DNA of 64,000 nucleotides. Source: Asterias rubens (Eukaryota). The stretch spans positions 8,990,001 to 9,054,000 of the forward strand of contig NC_047083.1 of the NCBI RefSeq assembly GCF_902459465.1, in the 5' to 3' direction. The notes under the pieces were generated by a model, which saw only the letters and a list, made by a program, of their open reading frames with translations, had not been told where the DNA came from and did no database searches. Shown here piece by piece: positions 1 to 16,000 of the stretch (position 1 is its first letter; every line of letters starts with the position of its first letter). A program made the position numbers and the translations under genes.

Positions 1-2659
<2,659 letters not shown>

Positions 2660-2836
2660 TAAACCCCGGTCAATAAAGTATAGACCGGGCAAGTCCTGCG
2701 CGATTCAAACCTTTTTTTCGAGGAACTTTTGGTTCCCATCCATGTACATAAAACTTTAAAATGTTAAGAAACCACATCAGAATGCTTTATACGGGAACGA
2801 TGGATGTATTGTACTGAATTATTATTTACCTGTTAA

Positions 2837-3217
2837 AGGAACACGTTGCCTTGGAACGGACGAGTTGGTCAAAACAAAAGCGTCTGTAACCGTTTTTTAT
2901 ATAATGCATATGGTTGGAAAGATGTTTTAAAAGTAGAATACAATAGTCCACACAAGTTTGCCTCGAAATTGCGTGTTTTTCTTCTACTGTGCGATCTAAC
3001 ACGGTCAGCCATTTATGGGAGTCAGAATTTTGACCCCCATAAATGGCCGACGTGTTAGTCGTCGAGGTAAAAGGGAAACCACGCAATTTCGAGGCATGTT
3101 TGTGTGGATCATTGTATTCTACTTTTACAACATCTTTCTACCCATATGCATTTTATAAAAAACGGTTACAAACGCTTTTCAAAGACCAACTCGACCGATC
3201 CAAGGCAATGTGTCCCT
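2837..3217. mobile_element. Foldback non-autonomous DNA transposon with TTAA target duplications (Kolobok-like)
   Basis: ttaa|AGGAACACGTTGCCTTGG ... CCAAGGCAATGTGTCCCT|ttaa; almost the whole element is an imperfect palindrome; TTAA at 2833-2836 and 3218-3221. Confidence 0.85.
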
Positions 3218-3321
3218 TTAATAATAATACTAGGTTCTTAAAAAGCGCTTGATCACACCCCTAAAGGTGTGTTTCAAAGCACTCTGTATTTCTTCCTGCG
3301 TGGTATAGTTCTGTTTTGGGA

Positions 3322-3475
3322 CCAGGGGTGGATTTCACAAAGAGTTAGGACTAGTCTTATCTCGAGTTAGGACCAGTTACTCATCCTAACTTAGGACTAT
3401 CCATGCAATGTGTATATCTCCTAGGACTAGTCCTAAGTTAGGATTAGTTCTAACTCTTTGTGAAATTGACCCCAG
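3322..3475. mobile_element. Palindromic MITE (GGGGTGGATTTCACAAAG / CTAGGACTAG family)
   Basis: TIR ggggtggatttcacaaagagttagga / ctaactctttgtgaaattgacccc; related copies at 46116-46279 and 9026-9221. Confidence 0.75.
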
Positions 3476-5159
3476 TTCCTTTAAAAGCACTATGGAATGG
3501 TTTACACGGTTCTGTGGCGCAACATAGTCCGGTGCTCCTACCTCTCGGCCATGCCAAGAGTATTAACTGCTAATAATGGTGTATTCTTGGATGAACAAAG
3601 TCCTTTGTGAAATTTCCGTTTGGTTCTGAACTGGTATTGAAGGTCGAGAGTTTGTATTATATATTAGAGATGGGCTTCGCCCAATTGTTTTTGAATACTA
3701 TGTTTATCTTTCTGTGAACGAAATTTTATATCAAAATGTATCATGGTTAGGGGTAAAATGGTACAATATTTCTAGAAATACATGTCTTCCAGTGATTTTA
3801 GTTGAAATTGAAATTTTGTGCCATAACGTAAAAACAACAGGGTTGCTGTTCCAGTTTTGAAATGGTGGTAAAACTGCACAAAACCAAAACTACTGCATTC
3901 ACCACATGATGTCATATATCATGGCATATTATCATTCAAAACCACAGTGTATGGTTCAAAAACAAATGGGATTGCTACTCCAGTTTTAAAATTTGCAGTG
4001 ATTGAAATGGTGGTAAAACTGCATAAAACCCAAACTACTGCATTCACCACATATCACTACATCATTCAAAACCACAGTGGATGGTATTAAATGGTCAACT
4101 AGTTGCAACTAAATAAGCAATTGTTTTCACAAAGATTCTTTTTGCATACTGTTCATATTTATTGTACATACATATACATTGCTGACTTTTTTATACTGTG
4201 ATATTGAGATAGAATTCAAACAAACCAACTTTACCATAAAGTTTCGATTTTAACCTAGTTTTTGTTGAAGTAGAGTCTAGGGAAATTCATTCCGAACATC
4301 TGAATGTGTTCAGAAATATTTCTAGGGACTAAAACTTTCATCATTGCTAAGTTGAACCAGCCTTGTTTTTGCGAGAACTTTTAAGAATTTTATTTGTGAA
4401 GAAAATAAACCTGCAACTCCGAAAAGAAAGACCACAAAAACTGAACAGCCTACCGGCCAAAATTACTTTAAGTTTACATTGTGTCTATCCCACAGAGATT
4501 TTTGCTGAGCAAATTTTAAAGCAGTATTTTCTCCTTAAAGCCATTGGACCTTAATGGCTGTGGAAATTTAGGCTCATCAGATCGGTCATCAGAGTCGGGA
4601 GAAAATAACAGGAAAACTCATCCTTGCATCAGCACGTTTCGCCGTGTTTGACATGTGTTTAAAATAAATCCGTAATTCTCGCCATCGAGAATTGATATTG
4701 TTTTACTGAGTATACAGTGCTACACACATCGGTGTATATTGGTAAAAACCAAAAATTAATATTCTTTATCCCGATGCAAATTTAACATCTATTTTTGTAT
4801 ATCAAAAAGGAAATAATGTCTTTTTTTCCACCAGGTAGTCACAAAAAAAAGACTGAAAAAAGACAAAAGTCAGAAGTTTCTGATCCTTATAAACTTATGT
4901 CCATTTATTACTGACACTAAACCCTTTGCCTTGACCACCACACCTACAACCTCCAACAAAACTCTCATCCCCATCTTCTAAATTCAAAAAGAACTTACAA
5001 CCTCAACTTATTCATCCTTACTTACTTATGTACCCCCTTAATTTACATAGTTACTTGTAACATTGATTGCATGCTTCTTCATGCATTTTTTTATAATTTA
5101 TAAATATTTTTGTTTTTTTACATGAGAAACAAAGTTTTCCATATGGACAAATGCATGTA

Positions 5160-5355
5160 CATAGTACACAGTCAACCCTCCTACTGTCTGACCATTAAAT
5201 AGTGATAGATGTACGCATTAAGAATTCGGAGAGTGCATCTACAAAGTACACAGTCGACCCTCCTACTGTCTGACCATTCAATAGTGCATTAAGAAAACGG
5301 AAAAATGCATTTACAGAGTACACGGTCAACCCTCCTACTGTCTGACCATTCAACA
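5160..5355. repeat. Three copies of the same 70-bp minisatellite family
   Basis: tacacagtcaaccctcctactgtctgaccatt near 5165, 5248 and 5319. Confidence 0.85.
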
Positions 5356-6320
5356 TTTTAAATGATGCGTTAAGATATCAGAAAAATGCCTACGTACACT
5401 GTAGCACATAGAAAATTACCTCATACAATACATTACAATAACACAAAAGCTGACATTTTAATACATTTTATTCTACTGCACAAATAAAAAAACAAATAAA
5501 ATTTCATCAGCTGCCTAAGAAAGAAAAAACACAAGAAAAGTTCATGCAGGGATAAAAATTAAAACTAATATTTCTGCTACATTTTGTAACAATTGAAAGA
5601 GAAAAAAACATAAGCCTAAAAGCACCAATTTTACATACAATACACACCAAAAACTTATTTCATCGGTTTCTTTTACTAGAAAAAATTAAAATATGGTTTG
5701 CATTAATATTTAACAAATATTGCTTTGTTTCTTTAAGTTTAGTTTTACTTTAAGTAAGCATCACGCTCAGGAAATTTCACTGATGCAAAATTCTCTTTTT
5801 TTTTGTAAACATTGATACTTCTTTAACCATACATCTTTGTTATCTTTCTAACTTAATATCATAGTGGTTACTGTCAGCACAGGAAAAAAAAACACATTAA
5901 GTGTAAAATCCACCGCCCAAAAAACACCACCGACAACAAAATTTGTCCTTAAAAAATGATCAAAACAAGGCAGACTATAATATGCCCCTTCGGCTTGCTT
6001 TGCCGGCAGGATACACACATAATTTGACAGCTAAATACAATCTATCCATGAATTCTTAGATTTGCATTAATGAGCACAGTAACAAGGTTACTAACTAAAA
6101 TGTGATAAAATTTACTTTTTTGCCGGGCCTCTGTAAACGTCTTCTCCTCAGCAGCTTTCTTTCAACATTAATACTTCTCGTCATCAAGGAAAAATCAGGG
6201 CACCAGTCGCCAGCTGTTTACATAACATGGTAATTTATGCTGGTTACCAATTATGCTTAGCATTTGCTTTAACAAGACCAGAATTTAAATGAGAAAGAAT
6301 AACTTTTAAGGTTCAAATTA

Positions 6321-6950
6321 TTAGACTGGCCATCAAGTCATTTACTGTTCATTACTCCTTGTGTAAATGGATTTGGTTCTTGCATCGCATGGGTACATGT
6401 ATGTTATGAAACAGCTGTAGCAGACACTCTACAGACTCAATCAAGTCTAGGACTAGACTGGCCATCAAGTCATTTACTCCTTTTTTCTCCTTGTGTGTGT
6501 GTATTTAGTTATTGTACCACATGAGTATGCTGTGACTCAGTTAGCGGCAGACACTCTATCAACTGAATCAAGTCTAGGATTAGACTGGCCATCAAGCCAT
6601 TTACTCTTTTTTTTCTCCTTGTGTGTGTGTATTTAGTTATTGTACCACATGAGTATGCTGTGACTCACTTAGCGGCAGACACTCTATCAACTGAATCAAG
6701 TCTTGGATTAGACTGGCCATTAAGTCATTTACTGTTTATTTCTCCTTGTGTGTGGATTTAGTTCTTGTGTCGCATGAGGATGTTGTGACTCAGTTAGCGG
6801 CAGACACTCAATCGACTGAATCAAGTCTAGGATTAGACTGGCCATCAAGCCAATTCCGTTCATTTCTCCTTATGTTTGGATTTTGTTCTTGTAACACATG
6901 AGGATGCTGTGACTCAGTTAGTGGCATACACTATCGACCAAAGGTGTCCA
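6321..6950. repeat. Tandem repeat, unit about 128 bp, 5 copies
   Basis: ttagactggccatcaagtcatttact...gcagacactctatcaactgaatcaagtctagga units start near 6321, 6453, 6580, 6709 and 6833. Confidence 0.9.
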
Positions 6951-7008
6951 GTGCCTTTAAGCATACTTTTGTGTTTGACATTTTTTTTTTGACAAGTCAC
7001 CCTTCCCT

Positions 7009-10000
7009 TCATGGTGATCCTTGATCGTCCGTCTGCGTAGCGGTGCTGAACAGCGCCCTCTGTGGTGTCTGCGTTCCTCTAGCCCGTCTCTCCGGTGCAG
7101 CAGATGATGGTGAGGAGGAGGAGGAGGTCGGTGGGTGAAGGCCGAGACCTCTAAGTCCGAGCTCTTGATACATGTACATGTAGCTGCGTCGTCGATGGAC
7201 CAGATCATGCCTTGGGTAGTCATCATGGGATAGGGAGTCAAGCTGGTAGCTTTGGTCGGCGGAGAAGTCATCTGGTGATGTGAAACTCCTGTAAAAGCGG
7301 CAAAAACATATACATGTATGGATGAAATGGCCGAGGGGTTAAGAGCAACAAATTCTTGATCGTGTGGTTAAGTCATCAGAGTGTGGGTTCGAGTCCTGGT
7401 CATGACACTTGTATCCTTGAGCCAGACACCTTACTCTAATTGATTCTCTTCACGCAGGGGTATAAATTTGTACCTGCAAGGGTCTTTTAAACTCCGCCCC
7501 TCTGCACACAACCAAAGGATCCCCCTCTTTTACCACAATGGCTCCGCCCCTTTCTTATTTCAATTTATTTATTAGACCTCAATGTCTCAAACACTCATCA
7601 GCCTCTCCCACCCCGCCTTCTTTATAAACTCTAGAAACCCCCCTCTTCTGACAGGGATGAGAGTCATTACTAACGAAAAAGTCTGAAACTTGGATACAAA
7701 TTCAAAGGTTTGTTGAAATGATGACATTTCTACCTATTGGTAACCACTGGGGCTATAGATTACAAGGAGCTTTTGGAAACAGTATCCAAAGCACAAGAGA
7801 AGTAGACCAATGAGCAGGATTTCTTTATTTGTGGAAACAAATATTGCCTGATTTTCTTCACCAGGCCGACATAAAAAGTCTGAATTCAGCAAAAAGTCTG
7901 AACAATCTCATCCCTGTTCTGACCATGCTAGCTCCACCCCCTTTGTGGACTTACGATGGGGAGCAAATCCGCAGGTCTCCTCTGTTGGTTCCATACACCA
8001 GCCCTCTACCGGGTTGAGGGATCCATTTCACTGTATTTACACTGACGTGATGACGTCGTTCGGTCTCGCTGCATGTATGATCGACGTCGCAGACGTGAAG
8101 TAAGGACTCCTCTCCTGCTCCTTCCTTGTGGAGTTTATAGATCATACCAATAAGCTGAAATTCAAAGAAGACAAAAAACTCAATATGTACAGTCAATTTT
8201 TCATCATTCATTTCCTTGCGATAAGAACACTGGACTCAAGCTCTGGTGTTTCTGATCAGCAGAGTGTGGGTTCAAGTCCCAGTCTTGTCACTGTGTGTTG
8301 TGGCCGAGTGGTTTTACACACTGGACTCAAGTGTTTTTGATCAGCAGAGGGTGGGTTCCAGTCCCACGCTTTCTTACTTGCGTAGCAGCTTTATGAACAA
8401 ACTTCAACCCAGTTCCAAAACATGTTTGTAAGCACAATATAATTTGCTAAGCAGAGAAAAACTTGCTTAGTAGAAGTAACTCTACCTGCCAGAGTGCCAT
8501 GAAGTTAACTTTGTTGTGACTGGGTTCGAATTTTTTTGGGCTTAGCTTAGAAATTTGCTAAGCAATAATTCTTCCCTTTTTCCCCTTTTTCTTCCAATTC
8601 ATAAATGCAAACAATTCAGTAAACACTTTTAGACTGGTGTACAGTACCTGTTTAGATGACATATGAAGGTGTAGTTTACGGGATGCCAGACCGACCATCA
8701 CGAAACCACTCAAAGGAGATATAGATACTGTGATGGCATTGGGACCTAAATGAAAAAACAAAAATAACAAATTAACAAAAAACATTGAAGGTTAAAGTTT
8801 TCTTGTCTTGTAAGTTCTATACAAAGTTGCATTCCTTTAAGGTAATCCCTTGAATACTGCATGCTCCGGGGCCCAATTTTATGCAGAAAATACTGCTTTA
8901 AAAATCAGCAATAATGAGCAGAATACCAGCCACAAGTTGTACAATGTGACATTGTATTTTGGTTGGTAACCTTATTCTTGTAAGCATAATTAAGCTTAAG
9001 CATAATTCTGTTTAACTTTTGTAACTAAGGACCAGTCCTAGGACTCTTTTAGGAGTGATTAAAACTTAAGGCTAGTCCTCCTTAAGATGAGTGACTCGTC
9101 CTAACTCAAGATAAGACTAGTCTTAACTCTTTGTCTGCGCCTTGAACACCCAGCAGGGTGGATACGTGCGCATTACAAGTCTTACTATTATTATTATTAT
9201 TATTTGTGAAATCCACCCCTGATGTTCTACTTTATAAAAATCTTTCTGGATCACAATAAAAACCAAATTTCGGTCATGAGCTTTTGCCTTGTTGGTGGCA
9301 CTTACTGCAGAAAACAACACAGAAGGAAAACTATACTCACCAAAGCTTTTTGTGTGGAGCACGTCCCCAAAGTTATGAGGCATGAGGGAGTATATGGCAA
9401 GAACTCCGTCGTCAGGAAAACCGAGAGGACTCGGGACGAAGGTTGCTAGGTAACGGCTGTCTTGGGAGATATCGCAGCTTGCGTCGTTGTAGAGCTTGCA
9501 GTGGGGTACGATAACGTTATGATCGGCTGAAGAAAAACAACAAGTTTCACCGGTAAAACCCACTTCAATACCTTAAAGGGCACTGGACACTATTGGTAAT
9601 TACTCAAAATAATTGTTGGCATAAAAACTTACTAGGTAAATAGCAATGCAGAGCTGTATAAAACATTGTGAATAACGGCTCCCACTAAAGTAGCGCAGTT
9701 TTTGAAAAAGAGGCAATTATCTCACCCAAAATATTAAAAGACTTCAGGCCTGAAGCCTTTTATAATGCATCTGAAAGCACACACATTTGTTCAACAAGGG
9801 TGTTTTTTCTTTCATTATTCTCTTGCAACTTCGTTGACGACTTACAGATTTGTTATTGTATGCATATGTTGGGATATACCAAGTGAGAATACTGGTCTTT
9901 GATAAGCTTAGTCTTTGACAATTAACAAAGTAACCGGTGCCTTTAAAGGGAAGTATACATCTGGTAATCACTCTTTTGGGGGGATAAAAGAAAAAGATTT

Positions 10001-13000
10001 ACCGTCATTAATATCTGGGAGTTCAAACTCTGAGAAGTCCCACCACTGTAACCTGAAGGTGGTACTTCCAATATTGTTGGCCACAGCTGTCTCCCCGCGA
10101 CCGGCAAACGCACCTGAAAGAAAACCATTATTGATGTTTGTCTTACATCCCTAACGATGCTAAACGCAACAATATGCACCACCAAATGGTAGTTATATTT
10201 GACGAAATCTGTCATTCTTTGACTGAATTTGTTGCATTTAGCAGTCTTTTTGTTGTGTTGTTCGAGAGAAATAAAATAACAATAATGTTGGTGATCATTA
10301 TAGGAACAAATTTGATACACCTCAAAAAAAGTTTCAACCATTCAAAATCTGAAATAAGTAGAGAGTTAAACTTTTCGCAGGAACATTTCTTTCACTCGTC
10401 AATACTATCAGAGTGAGGCTAAGAGGTAGAAATAGTCTGGTACCAATAACAGTATGCTATGCATTAGTATTACTGGTATAAAGGGTGTGAGACTTACTGG
10501 CGATGGTTCTGTTGATAGCTGCATGGACTACAGGAGGGGGTGGATGGTATGTCTCGTCGAAAATACTGTTTCTTGGTTGGTGATGATGTGCTGAGAACTG
10601 GTTTCTCCTAAAGGCCACATACAAAAATATGATAAGACTTTAATGGGAAACTTTAGACTATCTGCAATTCACCAAGAGAGGGCGCTCTTCACCAGGTAAT
10701 GTCAACAACTTAGGAATAGGAGAAGCATGAGTGACGGTCACTGACAGCAAATACCTTGTGTTTTGTGTGTTTTTGATTTTGCATTTAGATTTAGCCAAAC
10801 TGTATTTTGTTTTTCATAACACAATGCCAGCATAAACCAAACTGTTCTGGAACAGGATGTACTGGACACGAGTTCCCCCAAGGATAAAAAGCGGTGTACA
10901 TGAGTTTTTGGGAGTGTTTCTTCTAGGGTAACTAGCAAAAATTCCAAAATGCTGACCTGCCAAAAATTTAGAAGAAATCTGAAGTTTAGTTGTATGACAA
11001 TGTATCTGATTTAATTGGACTTTTGGCTTCCGAGTATTTGTACTGTTCTTCTATGAGTATTGGTACTGTTCTTCTATTTAGAAAGGACACTAAGGCAATT
11101 TCTAATTGATAAAGGACACCACGTTTTGATTGAATATCATTGCTGGATCTTACCCAAGTTGAGAGCGTAGCGGTCCTTGTCGAGACTGCCTCAGAATTCT
11201 CCTAGGAACTCTGGCTGGCATGTCCATCCTCTCCGTTTCGTTCAGCTGCCGGGACGGGGCGTTCAAGAGAGCGACGTGAAGATGTCTCCGAGTATGGAGA
11301 GGGGCGACACGTCGCGCTCCGTACGCTACACCCGGAGGTCCTATGAAAATAAATACAAGAGCAATTAACAAGAAAGTTGGAGTACTGTTTTCACATTTTG
11401 GCCGGAGCTTCTGTCTGTCATTTATTTTTATTAGATAGAGTGCAGAAGAGTAATTGTTAATTATGTTGGTGAAAGGTTGGGATCAACATAACAACCCCTT
11501 CCCATCATAATGGATTTTCCAATCTGTAAATACTAGTCTATACCAACCTGTGGGCTGGGCGACGCCTTGTGATTCAGGTGGTCCGAGTTCGACATCCCCC
11601 TGGGGCAAGCGCTGCCGATTCGACCCATGGTGACTCCGCCACAAGTTGTAGCGACGATACCGGGAATACCCATCAAACTGAGTAACCGGATTCATCGGAT
11701 TTACAGTAGAGAGAGAGTCTGAGATTGGTTCGGCAAGGGTTTCCTCTCTTCCTTCTTGCATGTACGCCGGACCTCTTGAACCAATATCCTGGGAGGTTGG
11801 TGCGCGAGGTGCGTAACGTGGTCTGGTAACCGGTCTCGCATTGTGCATTGATAGGTCCATTCCCTGACTCGCTTGGAACCGTAACCTGAATGGGTTTTGG
11901 GAATCTCCTTCAGACATATTGGCGGAAAATCTAGCGTCCCGTCTGGCGAGATTTCTAGGTCGGTACTCATCCTGGGGATCGGAGCCCTCCTCCTCTTGGT
12001 GGTTAGCTATTTCAGATGTTTCAGAGCTTTGAAGCTGCTCAACATTCACAGGAGGTACATGTGCATTGACCTCACGAGGTGCTTCTACATTGTTCTTTTG
12101 CCGGGGTAGATTTCTTGGCGAGTTGGAGTCCGCGTTTGAGCGAGGTACATTACACCCCTCAGAGCTACCTCGAGCTACAGATAGATCTAAAGGGTTCAAC
12201 TCGGAACTAACTGGATTCCTGTTTTGGTTTGTAGATGCGTCGTAAGGCGGGATATTGTACGAGGTGCTGATACTAGTGACGGGATGCGACAATGTCCGCA
12301 AGGATGAAGAGCTAGGGGACGGCAGATTTAGTCCACTCGAATGCGAGGTGCTACTTATTGGGTGGGAGGCGCGACTCGCAGGTTGAGCTGTGCTAGCGGC
12401 AAGGTGGGAGCTCCTACTGACTGAGTCGGAGGTACTGTTCACTAAGTTTAAGGTACTAGTCATCGAGGTACTATTAACCGAGTGTGAGGTGCTATTCACC
12501 GAGTGTGGGGTACTATTTACAGAGTGCGTGGTACTCAACATAGAGGATATGGTTCTATTAGAAGCACTATTCAGTGAGGACGACGCTCTTGATTGAGGCG
12601 AGGCATCAGTATCTGACGTGCTGTCTGGAGGCGCCGTGAGGGGAATCGTTCCAAGATGGGCTGTGTAAGCACGAGGCTGCTCACGCATTACAACACCGCT
12701 CTGCTGGACGACAGCGGCCTGGGGACATGACAGAGTTTCTGAGAGGAGAGCCGGTTGCATGTCCGACTCCGAGTCTGTAGATGTTGTGACCAGACCTCTC
12801 TGGTTGGCAGATCCTCCACTTCTTGTTGGTTCTGAATCAGATCGAGAAGGGCGACTGGCCTGCGCTACCGCCACAGCCTCCGACGAGAGGCGAGTTGATC
12901 TTTGGTTTACATTGTTCAGTGTACGCTCATCGCTTGACGTTATTCGATGACAACTTGACGACGGGCCAACGTCTTGGAGACCACTTGACACTTCTGCGTC

Positions 13001-16000
13001 TGAAAAGGATAACCTCTGACGGCTTGTCCTGACCAATCTATTGCCTGTACTTGATGATGACCCTGCGGGACCTGACGATTGAATGGTAGGGTGTATTAGA
13101 TTGCTAGGACCTGCAGGTTGGTCTTGCTCAGTCATGTTCGGACAGTGACGCTTTGCTTCCGGTGAGTGGCAATCCTTTGTTGAGCCGTTTTGGCTCTCAC
13201 TATCCAGGACATGTTGTGAGCTTGTGGAGGGTGCAGTTGAATGCCTGCTCCCTGAGGCTAAATCAAGAGGTCTTGAATCAGACGTAAGAGCAGAGATTCC
13301 CTGATCATTGTCCGAGCTCACTGACACTGAAGCTTCTAGTTCCGGGCTTTCTTGATTTGAGGCTGGGGGTAGTTGTTGGAGCCTCCCTACATGTGGTAGC
13401 AGAGGCTGCCTTGCCTCATCAGAGTGCTCCTGAGGAACATTCGATGACGTTCTCGCCACTCTAATCTCATCTCCGCCTGTGACATCCATATTCACATACA
13501 TGGATGTAAAGTTCCCTGACTCCTCCTGTGAAGCACGAGTGCGACTCTCACCATGGCCCTGACCGTTTTCGGCGGAGGTTTCCAAGTCGGACCATTCTCC
13601 ATGCACTCTTCCCACATTGTCGCTGTGTATTCTTGCTTCCTCACTTCCATCACCCTGGTCTCTTATCTGAGAGCCAATCCCACTTCTGCTACTAGTTGCT
13701 TGGCGAGCTATACCATCTGCCTGATGCATTAAATATGGTTCATCTTCACCGTAATACATTCCTTGCGGTGGGACTCGATCATTCCGAGTACCTCTGTGGA
13801 ACCACGAGAAACTGTTTGAGAGGCTGCTCTCACGGTTGACTCTTCTTAATCCAAGAGCGGTCAGGGTTACAGCCGCAGCGTATTCCCTCGCCTCTTCGAG
13901 AGTCTCACTCTGAATCGGAGACATTGGTCTCTCTGGCTCCCGAGGCAGAGAAGAACCTTGGGACAGAGGGAGGCCCGAGGAAGAAGCTCTAGAGAGACAA
14001 GGGTCTAGGCGCATTGTTCTTGGGTATGGTGTTGTATTGTCAGAGACTCCATAAAGCCGATGCCTGCTTTCTCTGCTGTCGATCTGTTGTCTGCAAAATG
14101 AATAACGAAAACTGTCAATTAAAGGAATAAAAAGAGTGGTGACGAGTTCTTAATTAGGCGTTTTAAAATCGGCTGAGTCGTGGACAAGGGACTTCACTTG
14201 GAACAGTGTTCGTTTAACAACTTGGAATGCAGGCTTTGTGATTCACGCTGAATGAATTGCATACTTACTCAAAAGAGAACAATCAATTCTAGTGCTTTCT
14301 TTAAAAACTTTTATAGTCTTGGCATTGTTGAGGTTTCATTGTGAGAATGAACTTCTTTTCTCCAAAAAAGAAACTATTTTCTTTTCTCCAAAAGAAACAT
14401 CTTGTTGATTACCGCAGTGAAGTTGTTTATATCTTGTTGCGCTAACAAAACAAGATGGGATTGCAAGATGCAAATTGAACCATCTTGTTATCGATACAAC
14501 TGTCTTGTTTTCTCCTGCACAAGTCAATGCCACCAAACCGAGGCTGAAAGGGAAAATAGACTGGTCCCATTTGCTTGAATGAGAAACAGCATTCGAATAT
14601 CTACTGGGAACATTGGGTTTATCACTTACAGGTTTTCTGGCTCTGGTTCCTCATCAACAGGAGCATTCGCAATTCCAGTCAGGAGGTTTTGACCGAGCGG
14701 ACTGAACCTCACAAGTCTGCGTAGAACAAAAAAAAAACATACAGTTTATCAAATTTTTATCTGTGGTGAAGACGTTAAGGCATTGTAAACCTTTGGGTTT
14801 TTTAACCGTTCGACAGTTTTAATCTAAATGCCTCCTTCTTTTTGAAATGAAATTCAAACAGGTTAGTTTTATTGTATACACTCTACATCTTATAAGGATT
14901 AAAACAATCAAACGGTTCAAAAATCCAAGGTATACTCTGCCCAAAAGTATGATGATAATTATCAATTTATAGTTTTCCGTTAAACTTTCCTTGATGTGTA
15001 CATAATATTAATAATAGTGGCTTCTTAATAGCGGGCATATAGTGATAATAATAATAATAATATTGAAGTCTTATAATGCGCACGTATCTACCAAACAAGG
15101 TACTCAAGGCGCTGAGTATTTTTTATACAAACTTTCAGAAAGATAGGTTACTGCAGTGATGAATTTTGAGACCCTATTAGTTAGCACCATATAAGGGTTT
15201 ACAAGGTGCTACGGTGCATTGAGCAGTCACAGCCAGGAACACCGGGGCGAACCCCTTCTCTTTTCGATAAGTGCACTGGGTTCTTTTACATGCGTTACAC
15301 AACACACGGGACCAACGGCTGTCACTGAGAAACGCTCAAGGCGCTTCACATGTACTCAATTGTCATGCTAGTGAACAATTGTATAAAATGTTGCTATCTT
15401 ATGGAAATTTTGAAGTAAGGATTCCAAATTTAGAAGATCTGTATATATTTTAACCTGACTTTCTCTTGTGATGACGAGATCATGACTGACGCAAAGGGTA
15501 CTGGCTGCCGCCAGTCCCAGAGTAGAATTTGGTCATTGGTTGCAATTGCCAGAACCTGATCCCGTGGATGAAAGGACAGAGATGCTATCATGGAATGATT
15601 GTCTGACTGCCAAACTTCACTGCTACCCTGTGATAATGGGAAAAATAAACCAAGAGAATCAATACTCAAAAGTATATCAAGTTGGCAAAGTTGGTTCTTT
15701 CCCTGTCTTTCACCTCTGTGGACCACCGTTTCAAAACCACACCTCAGACTGGAACCTTGCATTTGATTTTGGGTTTTTTTTCTGATTGGGATTTTTTTTT
15801 CTAAAACAGTTCACTTTTAAGGCATCCTTGGTTCATAACCTGACATGTACAATAATAAAAACATCAATCGACAACTTCAAAAGAAAATTAAAACACACTA
15901 GTTCACTTATACTAAATACTTACATTGGGTTTAATTTAACTAGGGGCCTACAAGAAGTGCTCATTATAAATCCATATTATTATTATTATTACTAATTAGT

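Noticed and set aside
2826-3252. Overlapping ORFs on both strands downstream of TYMS
   Set aside because: They lie entirely within a palindromic MITE; the mirror-image ORFs are an artefact of the palindrome.
7320-7400. tRNA gene (A and B boxes)
   Set aside because: No cloverleaf acceptor stem is evident and it runs directly into a repeated SINE core found several times in the window.
11701-13032. Several overlapping ORFs of 60-90 aa on both strands
   Set aside because: Alternative-frame shadows of the GC-richer 2.5-kb AMBRA1 exon.
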